50,767 nucleotides of DNA from the NCBI GenBank assembly GCA_963524795.1, contig CAURIB010000001.1, positions 1 to 50,767 of the forward strand, given 5' to 3'. The notes beneath the pieces were generated by a model. That model saw only the letters and a list, made by a program, of their open reading frames with translations, ran no database searches and was not told the DNA's origin. Position numbers and translations under genes: made by a program. This document shows positions 18,855-28,595 of this stretch, one piece after another (within the stretch, counting starts at the first letter, position 1; each line of letters begins with the position of its first letter). The stretch is from an uncultured Streptococcus sp. GTDB lineage: Bacteria > Bacillota > Bacilli > Lactobacillales > Streptococcaceae.

Positions 18855-20320
18855 TGACTTTTAATAATAAAACCATTGAAGAGTTGCACAATCTCCTTGT
18901 TTCTAAGGAAATTTCGGCAACTGAACTAACTCAAGCAACGCTTGAAGATATCAAGGCGCGTGAAGAGGCTATCAATGCCTTTGTCACTATCGCTGAAGAT
19001 CAAGCTCTTGCTCAAGCTAAGGCTATTGATGACGCTGGAATTGATGCTGATAATGTCCTTTCAGGAATTCCGCTTGCAGTTAAGGATAACATCTCTACAG
19101 ACGGTATCCTCACAACTGCTGCCTCAAAAATGCTCTACAACTACGAGCCAATCTTTGACGCGACAGCCGTTTCCAATGCAAAAGCCAAAGGTATGATTGT
19201 CGTTGGGAAAACCAACATGGACGAGTTTGCCATGGGTGGTTCTGGTGAAACATCTTACTACGGTGCAACTAAAAATGCCTGGGACCACAACAAGGTTCCT
19301 GGTGGATCATCTAGTGGTTCCGCAGCTTCTGTAGCTTCAGGACAAGTCCGTTTGTCTCTTGGTTCTGATACAGGTGGATCCATCCGCCAACCGGCTGCAT
19401 TCAACGGAATTGTCGGTCTCAAACCAACCTACGGAACAGTTTCACGTTTTGGTCTGATTGCCTTTGGTAGCTCATTAGACCAGATTGGACCTTTTGCTCC
19501 TACCGTTAAGGAAAATGCGCTCTTGCTCAATGCTATTGCTAGCAAAGATGCAAAAGACTCTACTTCTGCTCCTGTACGCATTGCTGACTTTACTTCAAAA
19601 ATCGGTCAAGACATCAAGGGCATGAAAATTGCTTTGCCTAAGGAATACCTTGGTGAAGGGATTGACCCAGAAGTTAAAGAAACTATCCTCAACGCAGCCA
19701 AACACTTTGAAAAACTAGGTGCTATCGTGGAAGAAGTTAGCCTTCCACACTCAAAATATGGGGTTGCTGTATACTACATCATCGCTTCATCAGAAGCATC
19801 ATCAAACTTGCAACGATTTGACGGTATCCGCTATGGTTTCCGTGCTGAGGACGCTAAAAACTTGGACGAGATTTACGTTAACACTCGTAGCCAAGGCTTC
19901 GGTGACGAAGTAAAACGTCGGATCATGCTTGGTACTTTTAGTCTTTCATCAGGTTACTACGATGCCTACTACAAAAAAGCTGGTCAAGTTCGTACTCTCA
20001 TCATCCAAGATTTTGAAAAAGTCTTTGCAGATTACGATCTCATCCTTGGTCCAACAGCTCCAAGCGTAGCCTTTGACTTGGATTCACTCAACCACGATCC
20101 AGTTGCCATGTACTTGGCTGACCTCTTGACAATCCCAGTCAACTTGGCAGGCCTCCCAGGAATTTCAATTCCTGCAGGATTTGCTCAAGGACTACCTGTC
20201 GGTCTACAATTGATTGGTCCAAAATACTCTGAAGAGACTATCTACCAAGCTGCTGCTGCTTTTGAAGCAACAACAGACTACCACAAACAACAACCCGTGA
20301 TTTTTGGAGGTGATAACTAA
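18854..20320 (+). CDS. gatA: Asp/Glu-tRNA amidotransferase subunit A
   Basis: Amidase signature [21 protein letters not shown]. Confidence 0.97.
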   Translation: MTFNNKTIEELHNLLVSKEISATELTQATLEDIKAREEAINAFVTIAEDQALAQAKAIDDAGIDADNVLSGIPLAVKDNISTDGILTTAASKMLYNYEPIFDATAVSNAKAKGMIVVGKTNMDEFAMGGSGETSYYGATKNAWDHNKVPGGSSSGSAASVASGQVRLSLGSDTGGSIRQPAAFNGIVGLKPTYGTVSRFGLIAFGSSLDQIGPFAPTVKENALLLNAIASKDAKDSTSAPVRIADFTSKIGQDIKGMKIALPKEYLGEGIDPEVKETILNAAKHFEKLGAIVEEVSLPHSKYGVAVYYIIASSEASSNLQRFDGIRYGFRAEDAKNLDEIYVNTRSQGFGDEVKRRIMLGTFSLSSGYYDAYYKKAGQVRTLIIQDFEKVFADYDLILGPTAPSVAFDLDSLNHDPVAMYLADLLTIPVNLAGLPGISIPAGFAQGLPVGLQLIGPKYSEETIYQAAAAFEATTDYHKQQPVIFGGDN

Positions 20321-21762
20321 TGAACTTTGAAACAGTCATTGGACTTGAAGTCCACGTAGAGCTCAACACCAATTCAAAAATCTTCTCACCTACTTCTGCC
20401 CACTTTGGAAATGACCAAAATGCCAATACAAACGTGATTGACTGGTCTTTCCCAGGCGTACTGCCAGTTCTCAATAAGGGTGTTGTCGATGCCGGTATCA
20501 AGGCCGCTCTTGCCCTCAACATGGACATCCACAAGAAGATGCACTTTGACCGTAAGAACTACTTCTATCCAGATAATCCTAAAGCCTATCAAATTTCTCA
20601 ATTTGATGAGCCAATTGGTTACAATGGATGGATTGAAGTAGAACTTGAGGACGGTACAACTAAGAAAATCGGTATCGAGCGTGCCCACTTGGAAGAAGAT
20701 GCTGGTAAAAATACTCACGGAACAGATGGTTTCTCTTATGTCGACCTTAATCGTCAAGGGGTGCCATTGATTGAGATTGTATCTGAAGCAGACATGCGCT
20801 CACCAGAAGAAGCTTATGCATATCTTACAGCCCTCAAGGAAGTTATCCAATACGCTGGTATTTCTGACGTTAAGATGGAAGAAGGTTCTATGCGTGTGGA
20901 TGCTAACATCTCCCTTCGTCCTTATGGTCAAGAAAAATTCGGTACCAAGACTGAGTTGAAGAACCTCAACTCCTTCTCAAATGTCCGCAAGGGTCTTGAG
21001 TACGAAGTGCAACGTCAGGCTGAAATCCTTCGTTCAGGTGGTCAAATCCGCCAAGAAACACGCCGTTACGATGAAGCGAACAAAGCAACCATCCTCATGC
21101 GTGTCAAGGAAGGTGCTGCAGACTACCGCTACTTCCCAGAACCAGACCTACCACTCTTTGAAATCTCAGATGAATGGATTGAGGAAATGCGTACTGAATT
21201 GCCAGAGTTTCCAAAAGAACGCCGTGCTCGCTACGTATCTCAACTTGGTCTATCAGACTACGATGCTAGCCAGTTGACTGCAAACAAAGTCACTTCTGAT
21301 TTCTTTGAAAAAGCTGTCGCCCTCGGTGGTGATGCTAAACAAGTTTCTAACTGGCTCCAAGGTGAAGTCGCTCAATTCTTGAACGCAGAAGGCAAGACAC
21401 TAGAACAAATCCAATTGACACCAGAAAACTTGGTTGAAATGATTGCCATCATCGAAGACGGTACTATTTCGTCTAAGATTGCCAAGAAAGTCTTTGTTCA
21501 CCTAGCTAAAAATGGTGGTGGAGCACGTGAATACGTGGAAAAAGCTGGTTTAGTTCAAATCTCAGATCCTGATGTTTTGATTCCAATTATTCATCAAGTC
21601 TTTGCGGATAACGAAGCCGCTGTTGCCGACTTCAAGTCAGGAAAACGTAACGCTGACAAGGCCTTCACCGGCTTCCTCATGAAAGCAACCAAGGGTCAAG
21701 CTAACCCACAAGTCGCTCTTAAACTACTTGCCCAAGAATTGGCTAAGTTGAAAAATGAGTAA
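20320..21762 (+). CDS. gatB: Asp/Glu-tRNA amidotransferase subunit B
   Basis: [21 protein letters not shown] and YRYFPEPDL motifs. Confidence 0.97.
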   Translation: MNFETVIGLEVHVELNTNSKIFSPTSAHFGNDQNANTNVIDWSFPGVLPVLNKGVVDAGIKAALALNMDIHKKMHFDRKNYFYPDNPKAYQISQFDEPIGYNGWIEVELEDGTTKKIGIERAHLEEDAGKNTHGTDGFSYVDLNRQGVPLIEIVSEADMRSPEEAYAYLTALKEVIQYAGISDVKMEEGSMRVDANISLRPYGQEKFGTKTELKNLNSFSNVRKGLEYEVQRQAEILRSGGQIRQETRRYDEANKATILMRVKEGAADYRYFPEPDLPLFEISDEWIEEMRTELPEFPKERRARYVSQLGLSDYDASQLTANKVTSDFFEKAVALGGDAKQVSNWLQGEVAQFLNAEGKTLEQIQLTPENLVEMIAIIEDGTISSKIAKKVFVHLAKNGGGAREYVEKAGLVQISDPDVLIPIIHQVFADNEAAVADFKSGKRNADKAFTGFLMKATKGQANPQVALKLLAQELAKLKNE

Positions 21763-21850
21763 TTCATTTAAAGTATAACTGACACCAAACTGCTAGCAAA
21801 ACTAGCAGTTCTGATGCCTTGCAGTATGCATTCATATAGTTAGGAGACAT

Positions 21851-22849
21851 ATGAAAAAGTTATATACTCTTCTCGCCACCTGTTTACTACTCCTTTTCGT
21901 TACACCCATGCAATCCATCGATGCAGGGGTAGGACATTCTCGAAGTGGTAGCTCTAGCCGTAGTAGCTCCAGTTCAAGTAGCAGTCGGAGTCATTCCAGT
22001 TCAAGTAGTAGCCGAAGTCGTTCCAGTAGCAGTAATAGCGGTAGTTCTTCCTACAGAAGTAGCTACCGTTCTGGTGGTAGTTCCTTCAGTTCAGGGTTAC
22101 TTGGCTTTGGAATGAATGGACTAGTCATGCTAGTCATCTTTATCTATATCGCCATTATCCTTACTAAATATATGAACGATCGCAAATCTTCTGACAAGTC
22201 CTATACTAGCTCTACTAGTTACAAGACTGAGCCTCCTCGCTATCGTATAGTTGAAAATAATCGTTCAGCAATCAATCGTCTTAAACAAGCTGATCCAAAC
22301 TTTGACGCAAGGACTTTCACATCTTGGGTTAAGGAAGTCTACATTCAGTTACAGGCCGCCTGGACTAAAAAGGACTGGAATTTGGTTCGTTCTCTTGAAA
22401 GCGCTAGTCTCTATTCTCAACACAGCACACAACTCGAAGATCATATTCGGGCGAAAACAACCAATGTTTTAGAAAAAGTCTATGTTGAGAATGTTCGTAT
22501 CAAAGATTTCTATGAAAATCATGATGGAAATGATACCCTTGTTGTTATCCTATCATCTACACTCAGAGACTATGTCATTGAAGACCAAAGCAAACGTGTT
22601 ATCGAAGGTAATCCTCAAGAGGACTTGTTTACAGTCTATCAAATGAACTTTATCCGTAAACACGGAAGTCAAACTGAGCTAAATATCAATGATAAAGCCA
22701 TTAGTGACCACTGTCCAAACTGTGGTGCACCACTTAAAATCTCAGCTATTAGCCAATGTGAATACTGCGGAGCTGATCTAACACGTAGTCCAAACCAATG
22801 GGTACTCGATACCTACGATGTTGTGGATGAAGACGAACTTTATAATTAG
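21851..22849 (+). CDS. membrane protein with a Tim44-like domain and C-terminal Zn ribbon
   Basis: Signal peptide, Ser/Arg-rich linker and one TM segment. DPNFD..F..WVKEVY..LQAAW is a Tim44-like pattern. CPNCG..CEYCG at the C-terminus. Confidence 0.78.
   Translation: MKKLYTLLATCLLLLFVTPMQSIDAGVGHSRSGSSSRSSSSSSSSRSHSSSSSSRSRSSSSNSGSSSYRSSYRSGGSSFSSGLLGFGMNGLVMLVIFIYIAIILTKYMNDRKSSDKSYTSSTSYKTEPPRYRIVENNRSAINRLKQADPNFDARTFTSWVKEVYIQLQAAWTKKDWNLVRSLESASLYSQHSTQLEDHIRAKTTNVLEKVYVENVRIKDFYENHDGNDTLVVILSSTLRDYVIEDQSKRVIEGNPQEDLFTVYQMNFIRKHGSQTELNINDKAISDHCPNCGAPLKISAISQCEYCGADLTRSPNQWVLDTYDVVDEDELYN
21968..22027 (+). repeat. 27-bp in-frame tandem repeat encoding the Ser-rich linker
   Basis: TCCAGTTCAAGTAG.. 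recurs at 21968, 21995 and (partially) 22022. Confidence 0.7.
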
Positions 22850-22858
22850 GAGGAAATT

Positions 22859-23986
22859 ATGGGATTTATTCGTGCCGCCCTATCTTCAGGGCTTAATAGT
22901 TTCAACGATAGCAAATTTAAAGAAGCTATCGTACTTCCAAATAACCTAACAGCAGATGCTTTGGCCATTAAAGGCCAACTTCTTTCAAAAGATCCAGATG
23001 GCAAATCTAGACAAAGCAATCAAAACACTGGACTACTAACAGATGGTAGTGTCGTTATTGTTCCTCAAGGCTATGTCGCTATTCTAGTGAACAACGGTAC
23101 CTTCCTTGGAGACGTCTTAGAAGCTGGTAGCCACGAATGGCGTTCTGGAGACAATGCTTGGCTTCTTGAAAAAGGTGGCCTAAAGGGTACTTGGGAAAAT
23201 TTCAAAAATCGCTTCTCGTTTGGTGGTCAAGTCATTACCCAACAAGAAATCATCTTTATTCGTATGCAACCCGTTGCCGGAAATAAATTCGGTACACAGA
23301 ATGCTGTAGAATACTTCAGTGAACGTTATCAACAATTACTTAACATCCGCTTCTACGGTTTGTTTGATATCAAAGTTGCTGATCCAGTCCTATTCTATGT
23401 TAGCTCCATCAGTCAACAGATTGAAGACCATAAAGCTTTTACATTGCAAAATGTAGCTCAAGGAACACTTCGACAAAATATCGCACCAAAGATTGCTATT
23501 GCGATTGCTAAATTTACCAATGAAAACAAGGTCGATATCTATAGCCTTAATGCCAATCAGGATACTTTCAATGAGCTAGCAAAACAAGAAGTTAACAAGG
23601 TATGGGCAGGACTTTATGGGATTGAAACAACCAACATTCTACTTGAAGATTTGAGCTATGATCAAGAAAGCTTAGATATTGTCCGTAAGCTTGATAGCGA
23701 GCTTGTCGCTATGAAGTACAATACGATTGAGATTGAAGAACGTCGTGCTCGTAATGAAGCTCTCATCGCTGCTGCTAACAATGAAGGCAATGGCAATGGT
23801 ATGAACATGATTATGGGAATGAATCTAGGACAAACACTTGGCAATCAACTCAACCAACAAGCCCAAACTCAAGCCCCTGTTCAAAATAACGGGCAAACTG
23901 CAAGCAAGAACTTTTACATCGAGGTAGACGGTAAGTATGTTCTCGTAACCAAAGATGAAGAAGGAAATATCGTACCAGTCAACTAA
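22859..23986 (+). CDS. SPFH/Band-7 domain protein, YdjI-like
   Basis: MGFIRAA start, DGSVVIVPQG, F.FGG, KFGT and IRFYG..DIKVADP pattern; C-terminal AANNEG..GM..GMNLG. Confidence 0.78.
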   Translation: MGFIRAALSSGLNSFNDSKFKEAIVLPNNLTADALAIKGQLLSKDPDGKSRQSNQNTGLLTDGSVVIVPQGYVAILVNNGTFLGDVLEAGSHEWRSGDNAWLLEKGGLKGTWENFKNRFSFGGQVITQQEIIFIRMQPVAGNKFGTQNAVEYFSERYQQLLNIRFYGLFDIKVADPVLFYVSSISQQIEDHKAFTLQNVAQGTLRQNIAPKIAIAIAKFTNENKVDIYSLNANQDTFNELAKQEVNKVWAGLYGIETTNILLEDLSYDQESLDIVRKLDSELVAMKYNTIEIEERRARNEALIAAANNEGNGNGMNMIMGMNLGQTLGNQLNQQAQTQAPVQNNGQTASKNFYIEVDGKYVLVTKDEEGNIVPVN

Positions 23987-24004
23987 TTCAAGCTCATCTG
24001 ATAT

Positions 24005-24033
24005 TTGAGAATTATTGCATTTTATGGTACAAT
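24005..24033 (+). promoter_or_regulatory. efp operon promoter
   Basis: TTGAGA-17 nt-TACAAT with extended TG. Confidence 0.75.
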
Positions 24034-24066
24034 AAAGAGTAAACTATTTATTAAAGAGGTAAAAAC

Positions 24067-24627
24067 ATGATTGAAGCAAGTAAACTAAAGGCTGGTATGA
24101 CTTTTGAAACAGCTGAAGGAAAATTGATCCGCGTTTTGGAAGCTAGCCACCACAAACCAGGTAAAGGAAACACTATTATGCGTATGAAATTGCGTGATGT
24201 CCGCACTGGTTCAACTTTTGAAACAAGCTACCGTCCAGAAGAAAAATTTGAGCAAGCGATCATCGAAACAGTTCCAGCTCAATACTTGTACAAAATGGAC
24301 GACACAGCTTACTTCATGAACACAGAAACTTATGACCAATACGAAATTCCTGTTGTGAATGTTGAAAACGAATTGCTTTACATCCTTGAAAACTCAGATG
24401 TAAAAATCCAATTCTACGGAACTGAAGTAATCGGTGTAACTGTACCAACTACTGTTGAATTGACAGTTGCTGAAACACAACCATCTATCAAAGGTGCTAC
24501 TGTTACAGGTTCTGGTAAACCAGCAACAATGGAAACTGGTCTTGTCGTGAACGTTCCAGACTTCATCGAAGCAGGTCAAAAATTGATTATCAACACTGCA
24601 GAAGGAACTTACGTTTCTCGCGCCTAA
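24067..24627 (+). CDS. efp: elongation factor P
   Basis: HKPGKG and [12 protein letters not shown] motifs. Confidence 0.97.
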   Translation: MIEASKLKAGMTFETAEGKLIRVLEASHHKPGKGNTIMRMKLRDVRTGSTFETSYRPEEKFEQAIIETVPAQYLYKMDDTAYFMNTETYDQYEIPVVNVENELLYILENSDVKIQFYGTEVIGVTVPTTVELTVAETQPSIKGATVTGSGKPATMETGLVVNVPDFIEAGQKLIINTAEGTYVSRA

Positions 24628-24655
24628 TCTCTAGAAACTAGAAAGAGGTCATTCT

Positions 24656-25045
24656 ATGGGAATTGAAGAACAACTTGGCGAAATCGTCATCGCCCCACGT
24701 GTACTTGAAAAAATTATTGCTATTGCAACTGCGAAAGTTGAAGGCGTACACTCTTTTTCAAACAAATCAGTATCTGACACCCTTTCAAAACTTTCTCTTG
24801 GTCGTGGCGTATACCTAAAAGAAGCTAACGATGAGCTCACAGCTGATATCTACCTCTACCTAGAGTACGGTGTCAAAGTTCCTAAGGTTGCTATGGCTAT
24901 CCAGAAAGCTGTTAAGGATGCTGTCCGTAACATGGCTGATGTTGAAATCTCTGCCGTCAACATTCACGTTGCTGGTATCGTTCCAGATAAAACACCAAAA
25001 CCAGAATTGAAAGACTTATTCGACGAGGACTTCCTCAATGACTAG
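24656..25045 (+). CDS. Asp23/Gls24 family protein, YqhY-like
   Basis: GEIVIAPRVLEKII..GV..EYG..VNIHV; conserved efp-asp23-nusB order. Confidence 0.9.
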   Translation: MGIEEQLGEIVIAPRVLEKIIAIATAKVEGVHSFSNKSVSDTLSKLSLGRGVYLKEANDELTADIYLYLEYGVKVPKVAMAIQKAVKDAVRNMADVEISAVNIHVAGIVPDKTPKPELKDLFDEDFLND

Positions 25046-25460
25046 TCCATTATTAGAATCTAGACGTGAGCTACGTAAATGTGCTTTCCAAGCTTTGATG
25101 AGTCTTGAATTTGGTTCAGATCTAGAAACTGCTTGTCGCTTCGCCTACACGCATGATCGCGAAGATGCAGATGTGCAACTTCCTAACTTCCTTGTGGAGC
25201 TCGTTTCTGGTGTCCAAGCTAAAAAGGATGATCTGGATAAACAAATCACTCAACATTTGAAAACTGGTTGGACCATCGATCGTCTGACTTTAGTGGAAAA
25301 AACTCTTCTACGCCTAGGAGTTTTTGAAATCACTTCATTTGATACTCCTCAGCTCGTAGCTGTTAACGAAGCCATTGAGCTTGCTAAAAGCTTTTCAGAT
25401 CAAAAATCAGCCCGTTTCATCAATGGACTACTCAGTCAATTTGTGACAGAAGAAGATTAA
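25038..25460 (+). CDS. nusB: transcription antitermination factor NusB
   Basis: RR.LR..AFQAL, WTIDRL, NEAIELAK.F and FINGLL motifs. Confidence 0.95.
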   Translation: MTSPLLESRRELRKCAFQALMSLEFGSDLETACRFAYTHDREDADVQLPNFLVELVSGVQAKKDDLDKQITQHLKTGWTIDRLTLVEKTLLRLGVFEITSFDTPQLVAVNEAIELAKSFSDQKSARFINGLLSQFVTEED

Positions 25461-25466
25461 GTATAG

Positions 25467-25498
25467 AAAAAGTGTTTGACTCAGATCAAACACTTTTT
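25467..25498. terminator. bidirectional terminator (nusB / CAAX-1)
   Basis: AAAAAGTGTTTGA-ctcaga-TCAAACACTTTTT. Confidence 0.8.
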
Positions 25499-25516
25499 AT
25501 TTTCCTATCACCACTA

Positions 25517-26230
25517 TTATCTAAAAAAACGATAATAGACATAATTATAAACAAAAATCCAAATAGGTTTAGCGTGGTTGAAAAAGTTGAACAAACAATG
25601 ACAAAGAATGGTCAATCGTAGATTAGATGTATAACGATAGACAAGAGCGAAAAAGAAACCTAAAAAACTAAAATATAATAAACTAATCGGATCTCGGTGA
25701 GATAGTATCAAATGACTAGACCCAAATATAAGAGCTGAGAAAATGACATCCAGATAATACTTGGACTTTGGAAAAAAGGTATTCATAAAATACCCACGAT
25801 CAAGCGTCTCTTCCAAAATAGGACCAATAAAGACTGCTATGATAAAACCAAGAACAGTTGATAAAAAAGTTGGTCGTCCATTGGAAAGCACCGTTGTATA
25901 AAGGTAATCATGAATATTCTTGTAATCAATCAAATGAGCATAGCGTTCCCAAAAGCGACCTAAAACTTGATATACCACATAGCATGCAAGTAAGTAAAAG
26001 AGCGTTGACCAGTTCCAACTCTTTTTTTCAAAGACAAAGAGCATCTTTTTCCTTTGTAACCACCAAACTAAAAGAAAGAGACTCAACACTAACTCCATTG
26101 TTAAAATAATAGAATAGCTATCTATACCTAGACCTAAAATGATCGACGCATACAAACCAATCGTTTGTGGTAAATAGGTGGATAGGATAATAATGAATAA
26201 AAATATTCCAAATGATCTTAGTTTTTTCAT
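25517..26230 (-). CDS. CPBP/Abi (CAAX) protease, copy 1
   Basis: PILEETLDRG, FGSSH and HCLFN motifs. Start set at MKKL by alignment with the paralog. Confidence 0.85.
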   Translation of the reverse strand: MKKLRSFGIFLFIIILSTYLPQTIGLYASIILGLGIDSYSIILTMELVLSLFLLVWWLQRKKMLFVFEKKSWNWSTLFYLLACYVVYQVLGRFWERYAHLIDYKNIHDYLYTTVLSNGRPTFLSTVLGFIIAVFIGPILEETLDRGYFMNTFFPKSKYYLDVIFSALIFGSSHLILSHRDPISLLYFSFLGFFFALVYRYTSNLRLTILCHCLFNFFNHAKPIWIFVYNYVYYRFFR

Positions 26231-26454
26231 CTTTACTTCTTTCCAAGCAATAAACATTACCAAATCTACATATCTTCTCAATGGCTAGTTAACTCTTCCA
26301 TTTACTACTATACCTCAATAACGATTTTAAAGTAGTAAAATAGAGTATATGAAAATTATTTCATTCTTTCTTCCTAGCCTAGTGACTAGTCCATCAGATT
26401 ATCATTTCTTATTATATGATATACATCTTTTTTGACCACACTCTCATCCATTTA

Positions 26455-26484
26455 CTCAACTGTCAATTTTTCAACCTGAAATGT
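26455..26484 (-). promoter_or_regulatory. ComE-binding direct repeat, copy upstream of CAAX-1
   Basis: ACATTTCAG-12 nt-ACAGTTGAG matches the ComE consensus. Confidence 0.8.
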
Positions 26485-26553
26485 ATACTTTACTTTTGAA
26501 ACATACCTTAATTAATAAAAAAAAAGAGAGCTAACTTTCTTTGGAGAAGAATC

Positions 26554-26587
26554 AAAAGAGTGCTTGACTTCTGCCAAACACTTTTTC
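26554..26587 (-). terminator. degenerate copy of the 25467 terminator after CAAX-2
   Basis: AAAGAGTGCTTGAC..CAAACACTTTTT, similar to 25467-25498. Confidence 0.5.
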
Positions 26588-26596
26588 TTATTACTA

Positions 26597-27322
26597 CTAT
26601 CTAAAAAAACGATAATAAATAAAATTATAAACAAAAATCCAGATGGGTTTTGCATTAGGGAGAAAGTTTAAAAAAATATGGCAAAGGACGGTCAATCGAA
26701 AATTTCCTGTAAGGCGATAAACGAGGGCAAAGAAGAGACCGAAAAAACTATACATCATCAAACTAATGGGATCACGATGTGTTAATACTAAATGACTGAG
26801 TCCAAAGATTAGAGATGAAAAGATGACATCTAAGTAATACTTGGACTGGGGAAAAAAGGTATTCATAAAATATCCCCTATGAACTGTTTCCTCCAATATA
26901 GGGCCAATGATGATACTTGAAAAAAAATAGAATACAGTCGATAAAAACGTTGCTTCCCCGCTCGAAACTAAAGTTGAAAGGGAGTCTTGAAAGATATACT
27001 TGTTATCAATTAAATGGTGGTACTGCATGTAAAAAGCATTGACCAACTGCCGAACAAAATAGCAAGCCACTAGACTGAGTACAAGGTAGAAGATCCTTGA
27101 CAAGTTCCAAGACTGTTTTTCAAAGATAAAGAGCATTTTTTTCTTTTTTAACCAGTAGACAAAGAGTACTAAAAGAGCTACCTCTTCAACTGCTAAAATG
27201 ACAGAATAGCCATCTATTCCCCATCCTAAAAAAGGAGCCAGATGTAAACTACTTAACTCTAGTAAATAGATTGATAGAACTAGCAGTAATGCAAATATTC
27301 CCAAATGCCCTAGTTTTTTCAT
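26597..27322 (-). CDS. CPBP/Abi (CAAX) protease, copy 2
   Basis: PILEETVHRG, FGLSH and HIFLN motifs. AAGGAG SD before ATG 27322. Confidence 0.87.
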   Translation of the reverse strand: MKKLGHLGIFALLLVLSIYLLELSSLHLAPFLGWGIDGYSVILAVEEVALLVLFVYWLKKKKMLFIFEKQSWNLSRIFYLVLSLVACYFVRQLVNAFYMQYHHLIDNKYIFQDSLSTLVSSGEATFLSTVFYFFSSIIIGPILEETVHRGYFMNTFFPQSKYYLDVIFSSLIFGLSHLVLTHRDPISLMMYSFFGLFFALVYRLTGNFRLTVLCHIFLNFLPNAKPIWIFVYNFIYYRFFR

Positions 27323-27340
27323 ACTCACTCCTTTAACTTA

Positions 27341-27517
27341 TCAATAGCCAACACCAGAATCACGTCTAGTCACATCAGCAAGTATAGTTTTCTGATCTGT
27401 TGCTATACTATACGCATAAGGCCAAGTCCAATGTTTATCGTCAACTAACCAAATCATACCACCGCCTGAAACTTGCTCCAAGTCTTCAAACGAAAGAACT
27501 GTAAATATATCTGTCAA
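27341..27517 (-). CDS. double-glycine leader peptide, BriC-like (58 aa, TTG start)
   Basis: Leader MTDIFTVLSFEDLEQVSGG. Located directly after accA and downstream of a ComE box, as recalled for pneumococcal briC. Confidence 0.78.
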   Translation of the reverse strand: MTDIFTVLSFEDLEQVSGGGMIWLVDDKHWTWPYAYSIATDQKTILADVTRRDSGVGY

Positions 27518-27556
27518 GTAGCTTCTTAAATGATATGTTTCTAAGCCTAAATGTTC

Positions 27557-27624
27557 ATTATACATATTTTTTTGATTATTTTAGCAGTTATTTCCTCAAC
27601 TGTCAATTATTAATCCTGAAATGT
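27557..27624 (-). promoter_or_regulatory. ComE-dependent early competence promoter
   Basis: ACATTTCAG-12 nt-ACAGTTGAG (27595-27624), then 32 nt, then TATAAT (27557-27562). Confidence 0.88.
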
Positions 27625-27645
27625 CTTTTTTATAGAAGCCAAAAA

Positions 27646-27820
27646 GAGGCTGGGACAAAAGTCCTGGCCTCTCAATTGTCTTTGGATTGTCGAACAAGAC
27701 GCAGTGGTTGAGTGGGCTCTACTACGCTGATTTCATCAGCTTTTACAGCCCTACTCAACTGTGCGGAGGTGGGACGACGAAATCGAATTCTAACGAATTA
27801 CCGATTTCTGTCCCACTCTC
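27646..27820 (+). mobile_element. 175-bp MITE-like dispersed repeat, copy 1
   Basis: Imperfect TIRs GAGGCTGGGACAAAA / TTCTGTCCCACTCTC and internal hairpins. A near-identical inverted copy lies at 47152-47326. Confidence 0.85.
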
Positions 27821-27827
27821 TTTCTTT

Positions 27828-28595
27828 TTAGTATTTTCTAAAGCGTTGGTAACGTTCTTCAATGAGTTGGTCTAGCGAAAGTTTACCAAGTGTGTCTAGC
27901 TCCGCTTGAAGTTGTTCTTTAACTTGCTTGATCAGATCTTTACTTGATAGCCCCACCTCAGAGATGACCTTATCTACAACTTGCATATCCAACAACTCAT
28001 ACGAGGTGATTTTCATCAACTCAGCTGCTTCCATAGCACGAGTTCCATCTTTCCATAAGATAGAAGCAAATCCTTCGGGACTGAGAACTGCATAGATAGA
28101 GTTTTCTAGCATCCAAACACGGTCAGCTACTGCTAAAGCTAGAGCTCCACCAGAGCCTCCTTCACCGATAATAATGGCAATAATGGGCACTTTTAGGTCG
28201 CTCATTTCAAAGAGATTGCGAGCAATGGCTTCACCTTGACCACGTTCTTCTGCTCCTACACCAGGATAGGCACCTGCAGTATTGATAAAGGTTACAATTG
28301 GACGACCAAACTTTTCTGCTTGCTTCATCAAACGAAGGGCTTTTCGATAACCTTCAGGATGAGGTTGACCAAAGTTACGGTTAAGATTATCTTGTAAACT
28401 TTTACCTTTTTGGATTCCAACAACAGTCACTGCTTGGTCTCCCAACCAACCGATACCACCAATAATAGCACCATCATCACGGAAGGAGCGATCCCCATGC
28501 AGCTCAATAAAATCATCAAAAATTCCTGTAGCGAAGTCCAAGGCTGTTAGGCGAGTTTGTTCACGAGCTTCTCTAACGATTTTCGCAATATTCAT
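27828..28595 (-). CDS. accA: acetyl-CoA carboxylase carboxyltransferase alpha
   Basis: PEGYRKALR and [10 protein letters not shown] motifs. TGATG overlap with accD. Confidence 0.96.
   Translation of the reverse strand: MNIAKIVREAREQTRLTALDFATGIFDDFIELHGDRSFRDDGAIIGGIGWLGDQAVTVVGIQKGKSLQDNLNRNFGQPHPEGYRKALRLMKQAEKFGRPIVTFINTAGAYPGVGAEERGQGEAIARNLFEMSDLKVPIIAIIIGEGGSGGALALAVADRVWMLENSIYAVLSPEGFASILWKDGTRAMEAAELMKITSYELLDMQVVDKVISEVGLSSKDLIKQVKEQLQAELDTLGKLSLDQLIEERYQRFRKY

Noticed and set aside
26231..26410. Second GG peptide or SHP pheromone downstream of the second ComE box
   Set aside because: ATG-started frames close within a few codons (MK*, MEELTSH*), and no GG leader is present.
27687..27875. 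62-aa ORF
   Set aside because: Lies inside the MITE and antisense to the accA end; no transposase features.
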